DNA of 64,000 nt from Arenicellales bacterium (GTDB lineage Bacteria; Pseudomonadota; Gammaproteobacteria; Arenicellales; JAJDZL01), in contig OZ244730.1 of NCBI GenBank assembly GCA_965219265.1, positions 2,551,120-2,615,119 of the forward strand, read 5' to 3'. The notes beneath the pieces were generated by a model, which saw only the letters and a program-made list of their open reading frames with translations, searched no databases and was not told the DNA's origin. Both the position numbers and the translations under genes were made by a program. Each line of letters opens with the position of its first letter. Positions within the stretch are counted from its first letter, which is position 1. Shown in pieces: positions 8,984 to 18,808 of the stretch.

Positions 8984-10750
8984 GTGCAGAGCCAACCTTC
9001 CAATACTACTTTGTTCAGCGAATTGCGGTTATACCGACGTCTGCTGAATTATGTGCTTGTCTATAAATGGTATTTCCTGCTTGGCCTGCTATCCGTCGCC
9101 CTTTTCGCTTTGACGACTCCGGGCGTGGCGATTCTGATGAAACCTTTGCTGGACGGAAGTTTTGTTGATCGCGACCCGTTCTATATTTTCTGGATGCCGC
9201 TTATCCTGATTGCGCTGTTCGCAATACGAGGTGTTGCCAGCTATGTGAATGCCGTTTGCATGAACTGGGTAATGGGGCGGGTGGTTTACGACATTCAGAT
9301 TCAAATGATTGATCGCATGCTCAATTTGCCGACGCGCTTTTACGATCAAAACTCGACCGCGCAGATCATCGCCCGTATCTCTGCAGATGTCAACGCATTG
9401 ACATCTGCGGCATCCAACGTTCTGATCACCGTCATACGGGAATCGCTGACCATCATTGGCTTGCTAGTGTGGATTTTCATTTTGGACTGGGCACTCAGTC
9501 TGATTATTGTGATTGCTACGCCCATAATCGCCGCCTTGGTACGTGCAGTGGCCAAACGACTTCGCAAACTGCATCGCAATTCAATGCAGATGGGGGCGAT
9601 CTTTCTGCATCATCTTCAGGAAGTTACCAACTATCATCGCCTCGTCAAGTTGTACCAGACTGAGCGTTTTGAGAGCCAACGACTCGGTGACTTGGCGAAC
9701 AAGGTTCGCGGACTGAAACTCAAGCAGACGATCGCCAGAGAGATCGCCATTCCGAGCGCTGAATTCATTTCGACTGTGGCAATCGCCGGCGCAGTGTATT
9801 TCAGCTTGACGCGGGACCTGACGAACCCGCTGACAGTCGGCGGATTCGTTTCGTTCATGGCCGCGCTGGCGTTAATATCCACGTCCATGAAACGACTGCT
9901 GCGCGTCAACGAAGAGTTGCAAGCAGGACTGGCCGCTTCGGAGCGCGTATTTTTCCTGATTGATCAGCAACCAGAAGTGGAAAGTGGTGATAAAAACGTT
10001 GACCGTCAGACCATGCAGGGACGCATGGAGTTCAAGAACATCTCGTTCAGCTATACGAATTCAAAAGTGAGTTCTCTCGATCAGGTTTCTCTTGAAATCG
10101 AACCGTGCCAAACCATTGCTTTGGTCGGCGCCTCCGGTAGCGGCAAGAGCACGCTAACTTCGTTGATTCCGAGAATGTATGAACTGCAGGATGGACAGAT
10201 GTTGATAGACGGGATCGACATACGCGAATACAAACTTTCGGAAATTCGCGATCTGATCGCATTCGTCAGTCAGGACATCTTTTTGTTCGACGATACGATT
10301 GCAGCCAATATCGCCTATGGAAATTTGGACAACTCGAGTGAGGAGATGATTCACAAAGCCGCCAAATCGGCTTATGCGTTGGAATTTATCGAAAAACTTC
10401 CTGACGGATTCCAGACCGTTGTGGGTGACAGAGGGATACGATTGTCAGGTGGCCAAAAGCAGCGTATTGCGATTGCACGAGCTTTTATCAAGGATGCACC
10501 GCTTCTGATTTTTGATGAAGCGACTTCATCGCTGGACACAAATTCGGAATACCAAGTTCGCCGTGCGCTCGATGCGTTGGGTGAAGGGCGAACCGTGATC
10601 ATAGTCGCCCATCGACTCTCTTCAATCGAAAAAGTAGACCGAATTGTGGTTTTGCATGAAGGGCAAATTGTCGAGGATGGAACACATCAGGAACTGATGC
10701 ACCGTAAAGGACACTATTACCAGCTCTATACCATTTATTCGGAAGACTGA
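8984..10750 (+). CDS. msbA: Lipid A export ABC transporter MsbA
   Basis: TMD with MKPLLDG fused to NBD (GASGSGKS, LSGGQKQRIAIARA, DEATSSLD). Confidence 0.8.
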   Translation: MQSQPSNTTLFSELRLYRRLLNYVLVYKWYFLLGLLSVALFALTTPGVAILMKPLLDGSFVDRDPFYIFWMPLILIALFAIRGVASYVNAVCMNWVMGRVVYDIQIQMIDRMLNLPTRFYDQNSTAQIIARISADVNALTSAASNVLITVIRESLTIIGLLVWIFILDWALSLIIVIATPIIAALVRAVAKRLRKLHRNSMQMGAIFLHHLQEVTNYHRLVKLYQTERFESQRLGDLANKVRGLKLKQTIAREIAIPSAEFISTVAIAGAVYFSLTRDLTNPLTVGGFVSFMAALALISTSMKRLLRVNEELQAGLAASERVFFLIDQQPEVESGDKNVDRQTMQGRMEFKNISFSYTNSKVSSLDQVSLEIEPCQTIALVGASGSGKSTLTSLIPRMYELQDGQMLIDGIDIREYKLSEIRDLIAFVSQDIFLFDDTIAANIAYGNLDNSSEEMIHKAAKSAYALEFIEKLPDGFQTVVGDRGIRLSGGQKQRIAIARAFIKDAPLLIFDEATSSLDTNSEYQVRRALDALGEGRTVIIVAHRLSSIEKVDRIVVLHEGQIVEDGTHQELMHRKGHYYQLYTIYSED

Positions 10751-10784
10751 TACATTCGTCTCAAAGGCAACGCACCTGATCCCC

Positions 10785-12914
10785 TCATCCGCGTCGCCAC
10801 TTGTTGAAACCTCGCAAGATCTTCATCGTTCTTTCCGAAACTTGCTTGCGTTTCCAGTTTCCGGCTACGAATCGCACCGATTCCGCTAAAGTCGGGTAGA
10901 TGTGAATGGTGCCCAATATCTTATTCAAACCGAGTCCGCACTGCATCGCAAGAATGAATTCTGAGATTAGGTCACCGGCATGTTCGCCAGCAATCGTTAC
11001 GCCTAAAATCTTGTCTTTGCCGGGAGGCGTCAGAACCTTGATCTCCCCTCTCGCTTCACTATCCGCAATCGCTCGTGACAGGTCTTTGAAGTCGTAAACC
11101 GTTGCTTCATAATCAATTCCCTTTTGTTTTGCTTCCTGCTCATTCAAGCCAACTCGCGCCACTTCTGGTTCAGTAAAAGTTGCCCACGGAATTACAGAGT
11201 AGTCAACACGACGGCGATAAAACGGTCTGAGCAAAGCATTGGTTGCAGCTGAGGTCGCCTGATGCGCACCAAAATGCGTGAATTGATAAGGGCCTGCGAC
11301 ATCTCCGACCGCATAGATATTGGGGAAGTTAGTTTCCAGAAATTCATTCACTTCAATGGTCTTGTTGCTGGACAATTCAATGCCAAGCTGATCAATTCCA
11401 AAGCCACTGATTCTCGCCCGACGTCCAACAGCAACGAGTAATGTGTCAAATTCAATTTGCACTTCCTCTCCATTGTGCTCGCAGACCAGCACGTTTGCAC
11501 CGTTTTCCGCGATAATTTCTTTCGCCTGATGTTCCAAACGTACATCCACGCCATCTTCGATAAACTGTTTAAGAACCATTTCGGAATATTCTGAATCTTC
11601 TCTGGGCATGATTCTCGAAAGTCTCTGCACCTGAGTGACGTTTGATCCAAGCCGAACGAACGCCTGTGACAATTCGCAGCCAATCGGCCCGCCTCCCAAA
11701 ACCAGCAGCCGTTTCGGCAGCTCGTTGATTTCCCAGATCGTATCCGAAGTGTAGTAATTGACATCATCAATGCCCGGCAAAGGCGGAACAGCAGGCTCAG
11801 CACCGGAAGCAATGACAATGCTACGGGTGGTCAGTTTCTGACCATCGACATCTACGCAGTAAGGCGACTCGATTGTTGCGTGTCCGGCAAAACAGTCCAC
11901 GCCAAGCCCGGTATACCTCTCTACGGAATCATGGTGTTCAATTACGCCAATGATGCTTCGGACTCGATCCATGACTTCCTTAAAATCAAACTCGGCGCTG
12001 GCTGTATGAACTCCGAATTCCTTGCTACGCTTCTGATGGGATAAAAACTTTGCGGTTCGAATAAGTGCTTTTGACGGAACGCAGCCGGTGTTTAGACAAT
12101 CACCACCCATTTTCGCTTTCTCGATCAATGCGACTTTCGCCTTGACGGCCGCTGCGATGTAAGCCGCTACCAGCCCAGCGGAACCCGCACCGATTACGAC
12201 GGCATTGAATTCAAATTTCTTGGGTTTTTTATATTTGCCCAAAGCCTTTCTGGCTTTCATGGCATCAATGATTTTCTTTGAAATGAGAGGAAAAATTCCA
12301 AGCAGCACGAATGAAGCAATCAATGCCGGTGAAAGAATGGATCCGAGGGAGTCGATTTTCGCAAGTTGCGTACCTGCATTCACATATACGATGGTTCCTG
12401 GAAGCATCCCGATCTGACTGACAATGAAGAACATGCCCAAACGCATAGGGGTAAGTCCCATCAGCAGATTTATTAGGAAAAAGGGAAACAGCGGCACCAT
12501 TCGCAAGGTAAACAGATACACAGCGCCATCCTTTTCACAACCTTCGTTAATTGTTCGCAGGCGATCTCCGTAACGGTTCTGAATGGTGTCTCGCAGAATA
12601 TGGCGTGACACCAAGAATGCACAGGAAGCACCAATCACCGATGCAAATGAAACGAGCACGGTTCCCCATAACAATCCGAAAATTGCTCCACCGATCAGTG
12701 TTGCAATGGCGGCTCCTGGCAATGACAGTCCAGTTACCAAGATGTAAGCAATCAAGAATATCGCCGCAGTACGTATCGGAAATGATTCCCGGTACCCCAT
12801 GATTCGTTCCTGCTGCTGCTTGAAATAATCCAAGTCAAGATACTGACCTAGATCAAAAACAAAATAAACTACAATCAAGCCTGCAACAATCGCAAGAATC
12901 AGAATCTTTTTCAT
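10785..12914 (-). CDS. TVP38/VTT (DedA-like) membrane domain fused to a class I pyridine nucleotide-disulfide oxidoreductase
   Basis: N-terminal LSLPGA..LRMVPLFPFFLINLLMG; then GAGSAG, GGDCLNTGCVPSK, GGGPIGCE and HIYPTLAE. Confidence 0.88.
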   Translation of the reverse strand: MKKILILAIVAGLIVVYFVFDLGQYLDLDYFKQQQERIMGYRESFPIRTAAIFLIAYILVTGLSLPGAAIATLIGGAIFGLLWGTVLVSFASVIGASCAFLVSRHILRDTIQNRYGDRLRTINEGCEKDGAVYLFTLRMVPLFPFFLINLLMGLTPMRLGMFFIVSQIGMLPGTIVYVNAGTQLAKIDSLGSILSPALIASFVLLGIFPLISKKIIDAMKARKALGKYKKPKKFEFNAVVIGAGSAGLVAAYIAAAVKAKVALIEKAKMGGDCLNTGCVPSKALIRTAKFLSHQKRSKEFGVHTASAEFDFKEVMDRVRSIIGVIEHHDSVERYTGLGVDCFAGHATIESPYCVDVDGQKLTTRSIVIASGAEPAVPPLPGIDDVNYYTSDTIWEINELPKRLLVLGGGPIGCELSQAFVRLGSNVTQVQRLSRIMPREDSEYSEMVLKQFIEDGVDVRLEHQAKEIIAENGANVLVCEHNGEEVQIEFDTLLVAVGRRARISGFGIDQLGIELSSNKTIEVNEFLETNFPNIYAVGDVAGPYQFTHFGAHQATSAATNALLRPFYRRRVDYSVIPWATFTEPEVARVGLNEQEAKQKGIDYEATVYDFKDLSRAIADSEARGEIKVLTPPGKDKILGVTIAGEHAGDLISEFILAMQCGLGLNKILGTIHIYPTLAESVRFVAGNWKRKQVSERTMKILRGFNKWRRG

Positions 12915-13041
12915 ATCCCTATCGCCTGGCTGGCAATTCAGCCTTTCCGAAGAATCAATTGGTAAGTTAGATTACTCAATCCATGATAATGTTCGCAACT
13001 TTATACTTTACTTCACCTGCCGAAACCGCAGAAATTCACTA

Positions 13042-13638
13042 GTGGAATTAATTCTGATCCGGCACGGCCAGACGGACTACAACGCACAACGACGCTGGCA
13101 GGGACGAGTTGATGTCCCTTTGAATATCGCCGGCCGAGAACAGGCAGTCAAAATTCGGGAACTGCTACGTCTGGAAACGATTCGCCTTGCAAAGATATAT
13201 ACCTCCCCTCTTAAGCGGGCGACTGAGACCGCGGATATCATCGCCGATCGCGTCACACCGATTTTCATCGACGAACGTCTTGTCGAGATCAATCTAGGAG
13301 ACTATGACGGTCGCCATGAAGACGACATTTCACAAGAAGTCGGCAAGCGCGATTATGAATATTGGCGCAGTCGGAATTTCACTCTACCGGCACCAGGCGG
13401 CGAGTCAATCGCAGACGTAATGGTACGGGCAAAAGATTTTCTTGGCGAGATAGTGAAATCGCAGGCGGACGAACAGCTGGGAATCGTTGCGCATCAAGGA
13501 GTGCTGATTGCCCTCAAGTCGGTCATTTCAGGGCAATCGGAGCTGACTGCGCTAGATGACTACAAACAAATGAATAGCGAAGTTGATGTGTGGGATATTG
13601 CAGCCAAACAGCGGCTACGCACCATCAAGATTCAATAA
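13042..13638 (+). CDS. Histidine phosphatase (phosphoglycerate mutase-like) family protein
   Basis: LIRHGQTDYN, SPLKRATETA, PGGES and VAHQG. Confidence 0.88.
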   Translation: MELILIRHGQTDYNAQRRWQGRVDVPLNIAGREQAVKIRELLRLETIRLAKIYTSPLKRATETADIIADRVTPIFIDERLVEINLGDYDGRHEDDISQEVGKRDYEYWRSRNFTLPAPGGESIADVMVRAKDFLGEIVKSQADEQLGIVAHQGVLIALKSVISGQSELTALDDYKQMNSEVDVWDIAAKQRLRTIKIQ

Positions 13639-13682
13639 ATATTAGATAAAACAGTATAAATTGCTGATTCATACTGATTTTT

Positions 13683-13699
13683 CACCGTGAAACACGGTG
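13683..13699. promoter_or_regulatory. Perfect 7-3-7 palindrome upstream of the repeat-rich OmpA/MotB gene
   Basis: CACCGTG-AAA-CACGGTG in an AT-rich intergenic region. Confidence 0.35.
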
Positions 13700-13802
13700 C
13701 TACACTAAAATATACTTAGTAAAGCTGTCTGATAGGATTGTTAATTTCTGGATTTGAGTAGGAAATTGAATTCTACAACCTTTTAACCAGAGAGAGTAAG
13801 CT

Positions 13803-16706
13803 GTGCAACCAAAACCTTTAACGTGGATTCTCATGGCAATTCTGGGAATCGCCACGGCCGCTGGCTGGATACTCTACCTTTCATCTCCTGCATCAAAAGG
13901 ACCGGAATTAACGACCTCGGTTGAACACCAACCCTCCCAAACTAATGAGCAGTTGAACGAATTGGAGACTCAGTTCGACTTGCTGACAGCTGATCACGAG
14001 AGTTTGATTCAGGAAAACCTGGCGCTGCGCACCTTGAATGAAGCTTCGAATGAGGCACAAGAAGCAGCAGCAGCAGAAAGCTCCCGGGCAGATCAACAAG
14101 TGCTGGATCTAGAACAAACGGTTAATAGTCTGAATCAATCTGCAAGTAGCCTGCGAGATGAGCGCCTTCAATTGCTTGCCCAAGTCGATCAGTTGGAGAA
14201 GATTCAAGAAGAAGAAGCAATCAAACTTTCAGAACAGTTCGACGAGAATAATGCCGAGTTGGAAAAAGCGCTTCAGCAACAACAGGAACAGAGTGAGGCA
14301 ATCGTCCAACTAACTGAACGGTTGGAGAAGATTCAAGAAGAAGAAGCAATCAAACTTTCAGAACAGTTCGACGAGAATAATGCCGAGTTGGAAAAAGCGC
14401 TTCAGCAACAACAGGAACAGAGTGAGGCAATCGTCCAACTAACTGAACGGTTGGAGAAGATTCAAGAAGAAGAAGCAATCAAACTTTCAGAACAGTTCGA
14501 CGAGAATAATGCCGAGTTGGAAAAAGCGCTTCAGCAACAACAGGAACAGAGTGAGGCAATCGTCCAGCTAACGGAACAGTTGGAACAGGTCTTAGAGATG
14601 TCAAATGACACCATGGAGGATTTGCAGCCCGCAACTGATTCAGACAGTGAGGTTTCAGAAGTTGCCGACACTTCCATGGAAACAACTTCAGCAGAAGCGG
14701 TAGCAGAAAGCCCCCAGGCAGATCAGCAAGTGCTGGATCTAGAACAAACGGTTAATAATCTGAATCAATCTGTAGATAACCTGCAAAATGAGCGCCATCA
14801 ACTGCTTGCCCAAGTTGATCAGTTAACAACACAGCTCGAAAATCTGTTGCAACTTGCGAGCCAGTCCGAGATTGCAGTCAGCGACACGACGACGATGGGA
14901 GAATCAGCACCCGAACAAACCGTTCAGACTGAAACTGCAGAAACTATGACTCAAACCTCGGCTGAAGAAACCTCAGAGCTCGCAGCAAGTCTTGATGAGT
15001 TAAATAGTGAAGTGTTGGCATCACTGAAAGAATCTGTTAGCAGCCTGCAAAATGAGCGCCTTCAATTGCTTTCCAGAGTCGATCATCTGACAGCGCAGCT
15101 CGATAGTCAATCGCAACTTGCGAACCAGTCCGAGACTGTAGCCAGCGACACGACGACGAAAGAAGAATCAGCGTCTGAACAAACCGCTCAGACTGAAAAC
15201 GCAGAAACTACGATTCAAACCCAGCCTGAAGAATCCTCAGAGCTCGCAGCAAGTCTTGATGAGTTATATGGTGGAATGGTGGAATCACTGAAAGAATCTG
15301 TATACAACCTGCAAAATGAACGCCAACAATTGCTTGCCCAAGTTGCTCAGTTGGAGAAGATTCAAGAAGAAGAAGCAATCAGACTTTCAGAACAGTTCGA
15401 CGAGAATAATGCCGAGTTGGAAAAAGCGCTTCAGCAACAACAGGAACAGAGTGAGGCAATCGTCCAGCTAACGGAACAGTTGGAACAGGTCTTAGAGATG
15501 TCAAATGACACCATGGAGGATTTGCAGCCCGCAACTGATTCAGACAGTGAGGTTTCAGAAGTTGCCGACACTTCCATGGAAACAACTTCAGCAGAAGCGG
15601 TAGCAGAAAGCCCCCGGGCAGATCAGCAAGTGCTGGATCTAGAACAAACGGTTAATAATCTGAATCAATCTGTAGGCAGCCTGCAAAATGAGCGCCATCA
15701 ACTGCTTGCCCAAGTCGATCATCTGACAGCGCAGCTCGAAAATCTGTTGCAACTTGCGAGCCAGTCCGAGATTGCAGTCAGCGACACAACGACGATGGGA
15801 GAATCAGCACCCGAACAAACCGCTCAGACTGAAACTGCAGAAACTATGACTCAAACCTCGGCTGAAGAAACCTCAGAGCTCGCAGCAAGTCTTGATGAGT
15901 TAAATAGTGAAGTGGTAGCATCACTGAAAGAATTTGTTAGCGGTTTGCAAAATCAGCTTCAAACAACACACAACGAAGTCGACAGATTGGCGCTACAGTT
16001 GGCTTCATCTGAAAGTCGCACAAAATATCTTGGAACTCGATTGAGGTATGCGAGCAAACACCTCGGACGTCATCGAGCCAAAAAGCGAGAATCTGAAGTT
16101 AAATCTGAAAGACGCACAAGATATCTTGCAACTCGATTGAGGTATGCGAGCAAACACCTCGGACGTCATCGAGCCAAAAAGCGAGAATCTGAAGTTAAAT
16201 CTGAAAATCTGGTAATGGAACGCCAGGTGCTGCAAGAGGATTTGTCTGAATTGTCTTCAACTCTGGATCAATCCATTGCCGAAAATCAAACAGAGATGGC
16301 TTTGCTTGTATCGAAGTTTTCAGTGATCAGACTAGAATCAGATGTCATCTTTGATTCCGGATCGGCTAAATTGAGTACACAAGGTCTGGAAACCCTTCGA
16401 GATATTGCTCAAAAATATCAAGACTATCCCGATAGAATCATGAGTATTGAGGGTCACACAGACAATAAACTGATTGCTGGAAATCTTGCTCGATTCTACC
16501 CAACCAACTGGGAGTTGTCTGCAGCCCGTGCAGCCGCTGCCGCTAACTTCCTTACCCAACAGGGTGTTCCTGAAGACAAATTACGAATTGTCGGATTTGG
16601 AGCTTTGCAGCCGATTGCTTCAAACGACACAGAAGAAGGTCGAGCAGCCAATCGTCGTATCGAAATTCGACTGGCTCCGAAACTGTCCGAAGCAGAAACT
16701 AACTGA
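13803..16706 (+). CDS. TM-anchored, repeat-expanded coiled-coil protein with C-terminal OmpA/MotB peptidoglycan-binding domain
   Basis: N-terminal TM; C-terminal FDSGSAKL, IEGHTDN, NWELSAARA and NDTEEGRAANRRIEI. Confidence 0.85.
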   Translation: MQPKPLTWILMAILGIATAAGWILYLSSPASKGPELTTSVEHQPSQTNEQLNELETQFDLLTADHESLIQENLALRTLNEASNEAQEAAAAESSRADQQVLDLEQTVNSLNQSASSLRDERLQLLAQVDQLEKIQEEEAIKLSEQFDENNAELEKALQQQQEQSEAIVQLTERLEKIQEEEAIKLSEQFDENNAELEKALQQQQEQSEAIVQLTERLEKIQEEEAIKLSEQFDENNAELEKALQQQQEQSEAIVQLTEQLEQVLEMSNDTMEDLQPATDSDSEVSEVADTSMETTSAEAVAESPQADQQVLDLEQTVNNLNQSVDNLQNERHQLLAQVDQLTTQLENLLQLASQSEIAVSDTTTMGESAPEQTVQTETAETMTQTSAEETSELAASLDELNSEVLASLKESVSSLQNERLQLLSRVDHLTAQLDSQSQLANQSETVASDTTTKEESASEQTAQTENAETTIQTQPEESSELAASLDELYGGMVESLKESVYNLQNERQQLLAQVAQLEKIQEEEAIRLSEQFDENNAELEKALQQQQEQSEAIVQLTEQLEQVLEMSNDTMEDLQPATDSDSEVSEVADTSMETTSAEAVAESPRADQQVLDLEQTVNNLNQSVGSLQNERHQLLAQVDHLTAQLENLLQLASQSEIAVSDTTTMGESAPEQTAQTETAETMTQTSAEETSELAASLDELNSEVVASLKEFVSGLQNQLQTTHNEVDRLALQLASSESRTKYLGTRLRYASKHLGRHRAKKRESEVKSERRTRYLATRLRYASKHLGRHRAKKRESEVKSENLVMERQVLQEDLSELSSTLDQSIAENQTEMALLVSKFSVIRLESDVIFDSGSAKLSTQGLETLRDIAQKYQDYPDRIMSIEGHTDNKLIAGNLARFYPTNWELSAARAAAAANFLTQQGVPEDKLRIVGFGALQPIASNDTEEGRAANRRIEIRLAPKLSEAETN
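14193..14579 (+). repeat. 3 x 129 bp (43 aa) in-frame tandem repeat
   Basis: TTGGAGAAGATTCAAGAAG starts at 14193, 14322 and 14451; a fourth copy starts at 15351. Confidence 0.95.
14451..15935 (+). repeat. 900 bp-offset duplication containing a diverged 264 bp (88 aa) tandem unit
   Basis: Identical shadow ORFs at 14479-14685 and 15379-15585; GCGACACGACGACGA at 14881 and 15145. Confidence 0.93.
16017..16206 (+). repeat. 2 x 96 bp (32 aa) basic tandem repeat
   Basis: RT(K/R)YL(G/A)TRLRYASKHLGRHRAKKRESEVKSE at 16017 and 16113. Confidence 0.95.
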
Positions 16707-17368
16707 TGGTATGGACATCAAATGAAGCTACTGACTATCCATACAGTGCCAAGTCAGCGATTCAACATTTTCGGAAGGTTGATCCCACTCTATACAACCT
16801 GATTGGCGAAATTGGCGAATATCGTCTTGAATTCCGAACGGGCATGACACCCTTTGATGCGTTGATACGATCTATCGTCTATCAGCAGCTATCAGGCCAC
16901 GCCGCCGGCAGTATTCTGAACCGGGTTCTGGACCTGTACAACGGCTCATTTCCACAGCCACATGAGCTGCTGAACACCGATAGTGACCGTTTGCGTACCT
17001 GCGGGCTGTCACATGCGAAAATTCGAGCGGTCAAGGATCTTGCCGAAAAGGAAAGTCAGGGCCTGCTGCCATCCCCAACGGCAATTGAAAAAATGCAAGA
17101 CAATGAGTTGATAGACGCGTTCACAATTGTTCGCGGAATCGGCCCTTGGACGGTCGAGATGTTGTTAATCTTTAACCTGGGACGCCCAGATATTTTGCCA
17201 GTTACTGACCTTGGAGTTCGACGCGGATATATGGTTGCATATGGGCAAGACGACTTGCCCAGTCCGCAGGAACTCACGGAACATGGTGAAATCTGGAAAC
17301 CTTATCGAAGCGTTGCCAGCTGGTATTTTTGGAGAGCGGCGGACCCTAAATTCCGTTGCGCTGAGTAG
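16706..17368 (+). CDS. DNA-3-methyladenine glycosylase II (AlkA/HhH-GPD family)
   Basis: LIRSIVYQQLSG, VRGIGPWTVEM, LPVTDLGVR and WKPYRSVA. Confidence 0.9.
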   Translation: MVWTSNEATDYPYSAKSAIQHFRKVDPTLYNLIGEIGEYRLEFRTGMTPFDALIRSIVYQQLSGHAAGSILNRVLDLYNGSFPQPHELLNTDSDRLRTCGLSHAKIRAVKDLAEKESQGLLPSPTAIEKMQDNELIDAFTIVRGIGPWTVEMLLIFNLGRPDILPVTDLGVRRGYMVAYGQDDLPSPQELTEHGEIWKPYRSVASWYFWRAADPKFRCAE

Positions 17369-17433
17369 TCTTGCGGATCAACTAACCCGGCGACACTGTA
17401 GCAAGTGCGATATTCAATTTATGGAGCTTGCAT

Positions 17434-17467
17434 GCCCATTTTCACACCACCGTAGATTGAAATGGGC
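17434..17467. terminator. Possible hairpin between convergent glycosylase and icd genes
   Basis: GCCCATTTTCA...TGAAATGGGC imperfect inverted repeat. Confidence 0.3.
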
Positions 17468-17468
17468 T

Positions 17469-18716
17469 TCAGCTTTTCATCTCCTGAATGAGCGCAGAGG
17501 CGAACTCGCTCGTCGAAACCTCTGTTGCGTTTTCCATCAGTCTCGCAAAATCGTAAGTGACTTTCCCCTGATGAATCACTTTTGGAAACGTCTCGTTGAT
17601 GAGATCGGCAGCTTCCTGCCAGCGGATATATTCAAGCAGCATGACGCCAGACAGCAAAAGTGATGAAGGATTTACCTTGTCCTGATTGGCATACTTCGGC
17701 GCTGTACCATGAGTTGCCTCAAATACAGCGACATGGTCTGCGATGTTAGCGCCTGGAGCAATGCCGATACCGCCTACTTCAGCCGCAACAGCATCGGACA
17801 GATAGTCACCGTTCAAGTTGGTGGTTGCGATGACATCGAATTCTGCCGGCCGTAACTGCATCAATTGAAACATGATATCGGCGATTCGGTCTTTGATGAC
17901 TACCTTGCCCTCGGGTGCTTCACCGTCGTACATTTCCCAAACCTGGTCTTCAGTTACCGTAACATCAGCAAATTCTTCGCGTGCTAATTCATATCCCCAG
18001 GAGCGAAATGCACCTTCGGTATATTTCATGATGTTACCCTTGTGCACTAGTGTTACGCTCTGTCGGCCGGAATCTAGAGCATACTGTATTGCCTTACGAA
18101 CCAGTCTCTTGGTACGCACTTCGCTGACCGGCTTAATTCCAAGTCCAGCGCCTTCCTCGAATTTTACATCCATTTCCTCGCGCAGAAACTTTGCCAATTT
18201 TTCATTCTCCGGCGAACCGCTCGGAAATTCAATGCCGGAATAGACATCTTCCGTGTTCTCCCTGAATATGACCACATCCACTTCTTCAGGGCGCCGCATG
18301 GGTGAAGGAACCCCTGAAAAATATTTCACCGGGCGAATGCATGCATATAAATCTAGAGACTGGCGAAGAGAAACATTCAGTGAACGAAATCCGCCACCGA
18401 CTGGTGTAGACAAGGGCCCCTTTATCGCGACAACCAAATCCTCAATGGCTTCGAGTGTCTCATCTGGAAAATAATTTCCATCATAGAGACTACCTGCTTT
18501 TTCACCCATGAAAAGCTCGCACCAGTGAATCTTGCGACTGTTGCCATAAGCGAGCTCAACGGCTGCATTCCACACGCGCATGGATGCGCGAGTAATGTCA
18601 GGTCCTATGCCATCGCCCTCGACATATCCGATAATGGGATTTTCTGGTACGCTCAGCGTACCACCTTGAATCGTTATTTTTTCACCGTTGTCCGGTATTC
18701 TAATTTGACTTGCCAT
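17469..18716 (-). CDS. icd: Isocitrate dehydrogenase (dimeric, NADP type)
   Basis: [36 protein letters not shown] and [11 protein letters not shown]. Confidence 0.95.
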   Translation of the reverse strand: MASQIRIPDNGEKITIQGGTLSVPENPIIGYVEGDGIGPDITRASMRVWNAAVELAYGNSRKIHWCELFMGEKAGSLYDGNYFPDETLEAIEDLVVAIKGPLSTPVGGGFRSLNVSLRQSLDLYACIRPVKYFSGVPSPMRRPEEVDVVIFRENTEDVYSGIEFPSGSPENEKLAKFLREEMDVKFEEGAGLGIKPVSEVRTKRLVRKAIQYALDSGRQSVTLVHKGNIMKYTEGAFRSWGYELAREEFADVTVTEDQVWEMYDGEAPEGKVVIKDRIADIMFQLMQLRPAEFDVIATTNLNGDYLSDAVAAEVGGIGIAPGANIADHVAVFEATHGTAPKYANQDKVNPSSLLLSGVMLLEYIRWQEAADLINETFPKVIHQGKVTYDFARLMENATEVSTSEFASALIQEMKS

Positions 18717-18808
18717 TTGTACTTCTTGAATCTGCTTGGTGGTAATTGCACATAATTTGCTATGTTATCACTTACCTTGAATTTCTTGCATCTTGACGCA
18801 GGCTACAT

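Noticed and set aside
10785-12914. Mercuric reductase merA
   Set aside because: No C-terminal Cys-Cys, no metal-binding N-terminal domain and no mer genes nearby.
13042-13638. Histidine phosphatase as the missing phosphoserine phosphatase (PspA type)
   Set aside because: It is 33 kb from the ser genes and has EINLG where I recall PspA having EIDHG; not excluded, but unsupported.
14193-14579. 129 bp repeats as a CRISPR array
   Set aside because: Contiguous in-frame coding repeats with no unique spacers and no cas genes.
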